From Okamejei kenojei (Eukaryota), in contig CM069140.1 of NCBI GenBank assembly GCA_035221665.1, forward strand, positions 40,796,001-40,860,000: a stretch of 64,000 nt of DNA, written 5' to 3'. The stretch's first letter is position 1; every line of letters starts with the position of its first letter. A program made the translations under genes and the position numbers. The notes below the pieces were generated by a model. It was not told the origin of the DNA, made no database searches, and worked only from the letters and a program-made list of their open reading frames with translations. This document shows positions 63,066-64,000 of this stretch, piece after piece.

Positions 63066-64000
63066 ACAACACCTGAATAAGAAGTGAGGCCATGGAAAAT
63101 AACCATGGAAAACAAAAATTAATTGGTCTCTCACTAAAGCTGTTATGATTAAAACAGCAGAATAATAATAAAACTTTTTATGTTTTATTTTAAGTACACT
63201 TCAGCACAAAAATATATATAAGTGTACTAGGTTTGATACCTGAATGTATGAGTGAGACCATGAAAAATAAATATGGAAAAAAAAAAAAAGTTTGGCCTCA
63301 CCAAAGCTGTTATAATGAAACAGCAGAATATGATAAAACTTTTAAGTTATAAAGATATCAACGGTGAATCCGGTTATGATATCCATGTCTCAATTAGATG
63401 AGATATAAGGAAATACGATTTTAAAAGTATTTCAAACTGGTGCATGGCATTTCCATTCAATGGAAAACAAATAAAATATTGTGCAAAATAACCAATACAT
63501 TTAAAGGAAAATTAATTGCCATCAGTTTGTGGAGCTCATTGGGAAGAAATATATAATATTTAGGGACCAAATCTGCACTCTAGATTTGCAGATCAAATCA
63601 GGTTATGTTAAAATCCTGATTATTATGGAATAAAACCTGCCTTATGATTATTCAAAGTATTGATTACAAAAGAACAGACTATTGGTCTTTAAACTTTGGG
63701 GGGGGGAAATTATGATCCAATATAAAGATTTGATAATGGATCAAAACTAAGGCAGAAGTATGATAAATAAACATAATCAAACATAGCCTTATCCGAACCC
63801 ATATAATTGGGAAAAGAAGGCCTGAAGTACGTAGAAGAGGTGCAAACAACTGTTACAAAATAAATTCATGAAATCTCCGATTGTGGGGGATTACAGGTGT
63901 ATTATGATAATTAATTTAATATAACTAAGGACTACAAAAAATTAGAAAGGATTGGTTCACCTGTATAAGAAAACGTAAAAATTTGATTTTAGGTTTGCAC

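Noticed and set aside
63424-63460. VFQTGAWHFH resembling a HUH rolling-circle motif
   Set aside because: The frame is closed by stops on both sides and no other Rep motifs were found; likely chance.

Overview
Repeat-dense vertebrate DNA, most consistent with a cartilaginous fish (skate/shark): HER1-type CR1 LINEs, HE1/V-SINEs and abundant Penelope-derived repeats. No intact host gene is evident; only two weak candidate minus-strand exons were seen. The window holds CR1, L1, L2 and Rex-Babar LINE pieces, Penelope-like elements and many short derivatives with hammerhead-ribozyme-like cores, two DIRS1-type tyrosine-recombinase retrotransposons, non-autonomous Helitrons and DNA-transposon remnants. 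Most notable: (1) an intronless thrombospondin-2-like fragment directly upstream of a small hydrophobic ORF, a polypurine tract and a 554-bp TG...CA LTR, suggesting host mRNA capture by an LTR element; (2) a head-to-head Penelope/CR1 chimera bounded by one 15-bp target-site duplication; (3) an L1 flanked by a 70-bp direct repeat. Family assignments come from motif recognition by eye, not database searches; boundaries of old repeats are approximate.
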